DNA of 64,000 nucleotides from Opitutales bacterium. GTDB taxonomy: Bacteria; Verrucomicrobiota; Verrucomicrobiia; Opitutales; JABSRG01. The stretch covers positions 39,829-103,828 of the forward strand of contig JBMYOQ010000009.1 of NCBI GenBank assembly GCA_049599475.1, written 5' to 3'. The notes beneath the pieces are model-generated. The model made no database searches. It was not told the DNA's origin and was given only the letters and a program-made list of their open reading frames with translations. This document shows positions 61,516 to 64,000 of this stretch, piece after piece. Position numbers and translations under genes: made by a program. Numbering within the stretch: position 1 is the stretch's first letter; each line of letters starts with the position of its first letter.

Positions 61516-61974
61516 TTAATCCAAGAAATCTGGCCTGCGCTGAAATAGAACGGCGAGGGGCTGCATTAAGGTAAGGAAGATAAGCGTGCCTTCGAATCCG
61601 GGCACACCTAGACGCTCCTCCCGCTCGGCAGCTGCCATGTAATCGAACATCACGCTGACAATCATGGTGAACACGAACGCGACGGATCCAACGCACAGCG
61701 TGACAAAGCATGCCTTCCACAGCTTCGGTGAAGCAAACTTACCGTAAGGAAGCATGAGCATGACGCCGAGAAACACGATGAATGTGGCTCTCATAAGGTG
61801 TGCAGTGCCGGCTACTTCGCCGAGCTGGAGGTAAACAGCGGGACCCCAAAGCAGATAAAATCCCCCGAGAAGCGCCCCAAAACGGCGTGCCCAAATAACG
61901 CCTGGATTGATCTCGAGTTCCTCTGTGGTGCTAATTTCTGCGTTCACGCCTCCTAAAAGAGCTATTCCGGCCAT
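61516..61974 (-). CDS. Hypothetical four-TM membrane protein
   Basis: Four hydrophobic helices; divergent from recA. Confidence 0.7.
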   Translation of the reverse strand: MAGIALLGGVNAEISTTEELEINPGVIWARRFGALLGGFYLLWGPAVYLQLGEVAGTAHLMRATFIVFLGVMLMLPYGKFASPKLWKACFVTLCVGSVAFVFTMIVSVMFDYMAAAEREERLGVPGFEGTLIFLTLMQPLAVLFQRRPDFLD

Positions 61975-62107
61975 GAGTGCAAGGCAGGGCTCAAGAAAGG
62001 GAAAACGGGGTCGAAATTAGTGAACACAATTGAGTGAACAAAAAATCACTATCTTGTGCTTGCATTTCCTAACAAGAGACTCAATCTGACCGAAAACCTT
62101 TTAAACT

Positions 62108-63181
62108 ATGGCTGCCAAAACTTCCCTTAAGAAATCTTCATCTTCTACGCCTGACAAGGCTCTTGATCTTGCATTCTCCAGTATCAACAAGCAATTCGGC
62201 GAAGGCGCATTGATGCGCTTAGGGGATGCTTCCAAGATGGAAGTGGATTGCATTTCAACAGGGTCCATCGCCCTGGACTTGGCTCTGGGTGGCCGTGGTC
62301 TGCCTCGTGGACGTATCTGTGAAATCTACGGTCCTGAAAGTTCGGGTAAGACAACTTTTTGTTTGAGCCTGATCGCTGAGGCTCAGAAGCAAGGGGGCAC
62401 AGCGGTATTTATTGATGTGGAGCACGCTCTTGACCCCCGTTATGCGCGCACCGTGGGTGTTGATGTTGAGAACCTCATGGTCGCTCAACCGGAGTGTGGT
62501 GAGGACGCCTTGAACATCGCTGAGCAGCTGATTCGCTCGGGGGCTGTGGATGTCGTTGTTGTAGACTCGGTTGCGGCTCTCGTATCGAAGACTGAGCTTG
62601 AGGGGCAAATGGGTGATACCACCGTCGGCCTCCAAGCGCGCATGATGAGCCAGGCTATGCGCCGCCTTACAGGTGCGATCAGCAAGACCAGTTGTGTATG
62701 TCTCTTTACCAACCAGATCCGCGAAAAGATCGGTGTGATGTTCGGTAATCCGGAGACTCAACCGGGTGGCCGTGCGCTAAAATTCTTCTCATCCGTCCGC
62801 ATGGACATTCGCCGCACTGGGCAAATTAAGGAGCCATCAGGTAAGGTCGTGGGCAACCGCACACGCCTGAAGGTGGTCAAAAACAAGATCGCCCCACCCT
62901 TCACTGAGTGTGAGTTCGACATCATGTATAACGAGGGCATCTCTCAGACGGGTTCAATCTTGGATCTCGGTCTCGAGCATAAGATCCTCGATAAGAAAGG
63001 CGCTTGGATTTCCTACAATGGCTCATTGGTTGGCCAGGGTCGCGAGCAGGCTAAGACATATTTGTTTGAGAATCCAGCAGTCTTGGATGAGCTCCGCGCC
63101 GCGATCCTCGAGAAGGTCAATGTCTCTGTGGGTAAGGTCTTGGCTAAGAACGACGATTCCGAAGCGGAAGCTGACGGTTGA
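62108..63181 (+). CDS. recA: Recombinase A
   Basis: [47 protein letters not shown]. Confidence 0.99.
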   Translation: MAAKTSLKKSSSSTPDKALDLAFSSINKQFGEGALMRLGDASKMEVDCISTGSIALDLALGGRGLPRGRICEIYGPESSGKTTFCLSLIAEAQKQGGTAVFIDVEHALDPRYARTVGVDVENLMVAQPECGEDALNIAEQLIRSGAVDVVVVDSVAALVSKTELEGQMGDTTVGLQARMMSQAMRRLTGAISKTSCVCLFTNQIREKIGVMFGNPETQPGGRALKFFSSVRMDIRRTGQIKEPSGKVVGNRTRLKVVKNKIAPPFTECEFDIMYNEGISQTGSILDLGLEHKILDKKGAWISYNGSLVGQGREQAKTYLFENPAVLDELRAAILEKVNVSVGKVLAKNDDSEAEADG

Positions 63182-63247
63182 TCGGGCAAAATCTCGATCT
63201 AAGTTCCTAAAATTTTTAAAGTTAGAGCCAAAATATGCGGATGTATA

Positions 63248-63808
63248 GTGATGATCCTTCATGCATACAATCCGCGGTGGGTCCATGAGTTTAAACGCCT
63301 CCAAGCTGTATACTTGGAGGTAGGATCTCATGTGATCTCGCGAGTAGAGCATGTCGGGAGCACCGCGATTCCTGGGATGGTTGCGAAGCCGATCCTCGAT
63401 ATCGATATTGTGATTCCGACGATTGAGGAATTTGGAGCGATTACAGACGCTCTTGAATACCTCGGCTATCGGCATAATGGAGATCAAGGCATTGCTGGGC
63501 GCGAAGTGTTCAAGGCGATCCATCACGAGACTCCGCATTTTGGAGACTCACGAAAGTGGATGCGACATCACCTGTATGTCTGTGCCGAGGGGAGCCCTGA
63601 GCTCGAAAGACATATCGCGTTTCGGGATGCCCTGAAGAATGATCAAAAGCTCTTCATGGAGTATGTGTCGATCAAACGAGACATCGAACTGCGTTCCGAA
63701 GGGAGTCGGCGCATCTACGCAGACATCAAAGAAAACGAGGGTGTTTGTTCGGACTTCGTGAGGAAGGTTCTGATTAGCACAAGCGAATTTGCGAAATTCC
63801 GATTCTAG
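63248..63808 (+). CDS. GrpB/UPF0157-family protein (nucleotidyltransferase-like)
   Basis: EHVGSTAIPGMVAKPILDIDI, HHLYV, FRDAL. Confidence 0.92.
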   Translation: MMILHAYNPRWVHEFKRLQAVYLEVGSHVISRVEHVGSTAIPGMVAKPILDIDIVIPTIEEFGAITDALEYLGYRHNGDQGIAGREVFKAIHHETPHFGDSRKWMRHHLYVCAEGSPELERHIAFRDALKNDQKLFMEYVSIKRDIELRSEGSRRIYADIKENEGVCSDFVRKVLISTSEFAKFRF

Positions 63809-63949
63809 TCCCTCTGCCCGGTCTAAACTCGGATTGCGGAACTGAAATAGCGAAGCTGTGGTCGAGCTTTGGGGCCAGGTAGTATGGAATAGCCAGGTTC
63901 TGTTGGTTACTTGCCGATGATTCTAAAAATGACTCTCGTTCGATCATGC

Positions 63950-64000
63950 TGTCGGTTTGCGGTTAAAATGCACCAGTAATTTGCGGGTGAAAGTGCACCA
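63950..64000. mobile_element. IS21-family terminal repeat (element continues beyond the window)
   Basis: Starts TGTC; two tandem imperfect repeats TTTGCGGTTAAAATGCACCA and TTTGCGGGTGAAAGTGCACCA. Confidence 0.75.

Overview
Bacterial chromosome segment, probably Verrucomicrobiota (Opitutia-like); this is inferred from the gene families and is not proven. From 1 to 14.1 kb there is a minus-strand Wzy-dependent exopolysaccharide operon: GT2, wbaP, glf, GT4, wza, MurJ-like flippase, split wzc, GNAT, GT4, wzy and a secreted glycoside hydrolase cut by the window edge. From 14.4 to 33.5 kb there are housekeeping and accessory genes: nucleosidase, CxC-protein/chemoreceptor pair, gnd, moaE/moaD/GbsR-type regulator, truC, moeB, manC, an IS630-like DNA-binding protein, a RAYT-type HUH transposase, parA, a Mo-oxidoreductase, an orphan relE-like gene, pssA and dnaN. 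The pssA-dnaN spacer carries a DnaA box followed by an AT-rich tract, and GC skew and gene orientation flip near it, so it is a candidate oriC without a neighbouring dnaA. From 33.5 to 35.4 kb is a small accessory island: an interrupted minimal kinase-like ORF followed by a 54-aa membrane protein (possible toxin/immunity pair), a structured non-coding stretch, and a DUF433 antitoxin with a broken PIN toxin. From 35.4 to 64 kb there are two tandem helical-repeat paralogs, a cytochrome c lipoprotein, a PAS kinase/HDOD/degenerate HD-GYP module, ABC and RND transporters, an MCP, osmC, addB-addA, recA, a GrpB-family gene and an IS21-family end at the right edge. No tRNA, rRNA or CRISPR array was seen.
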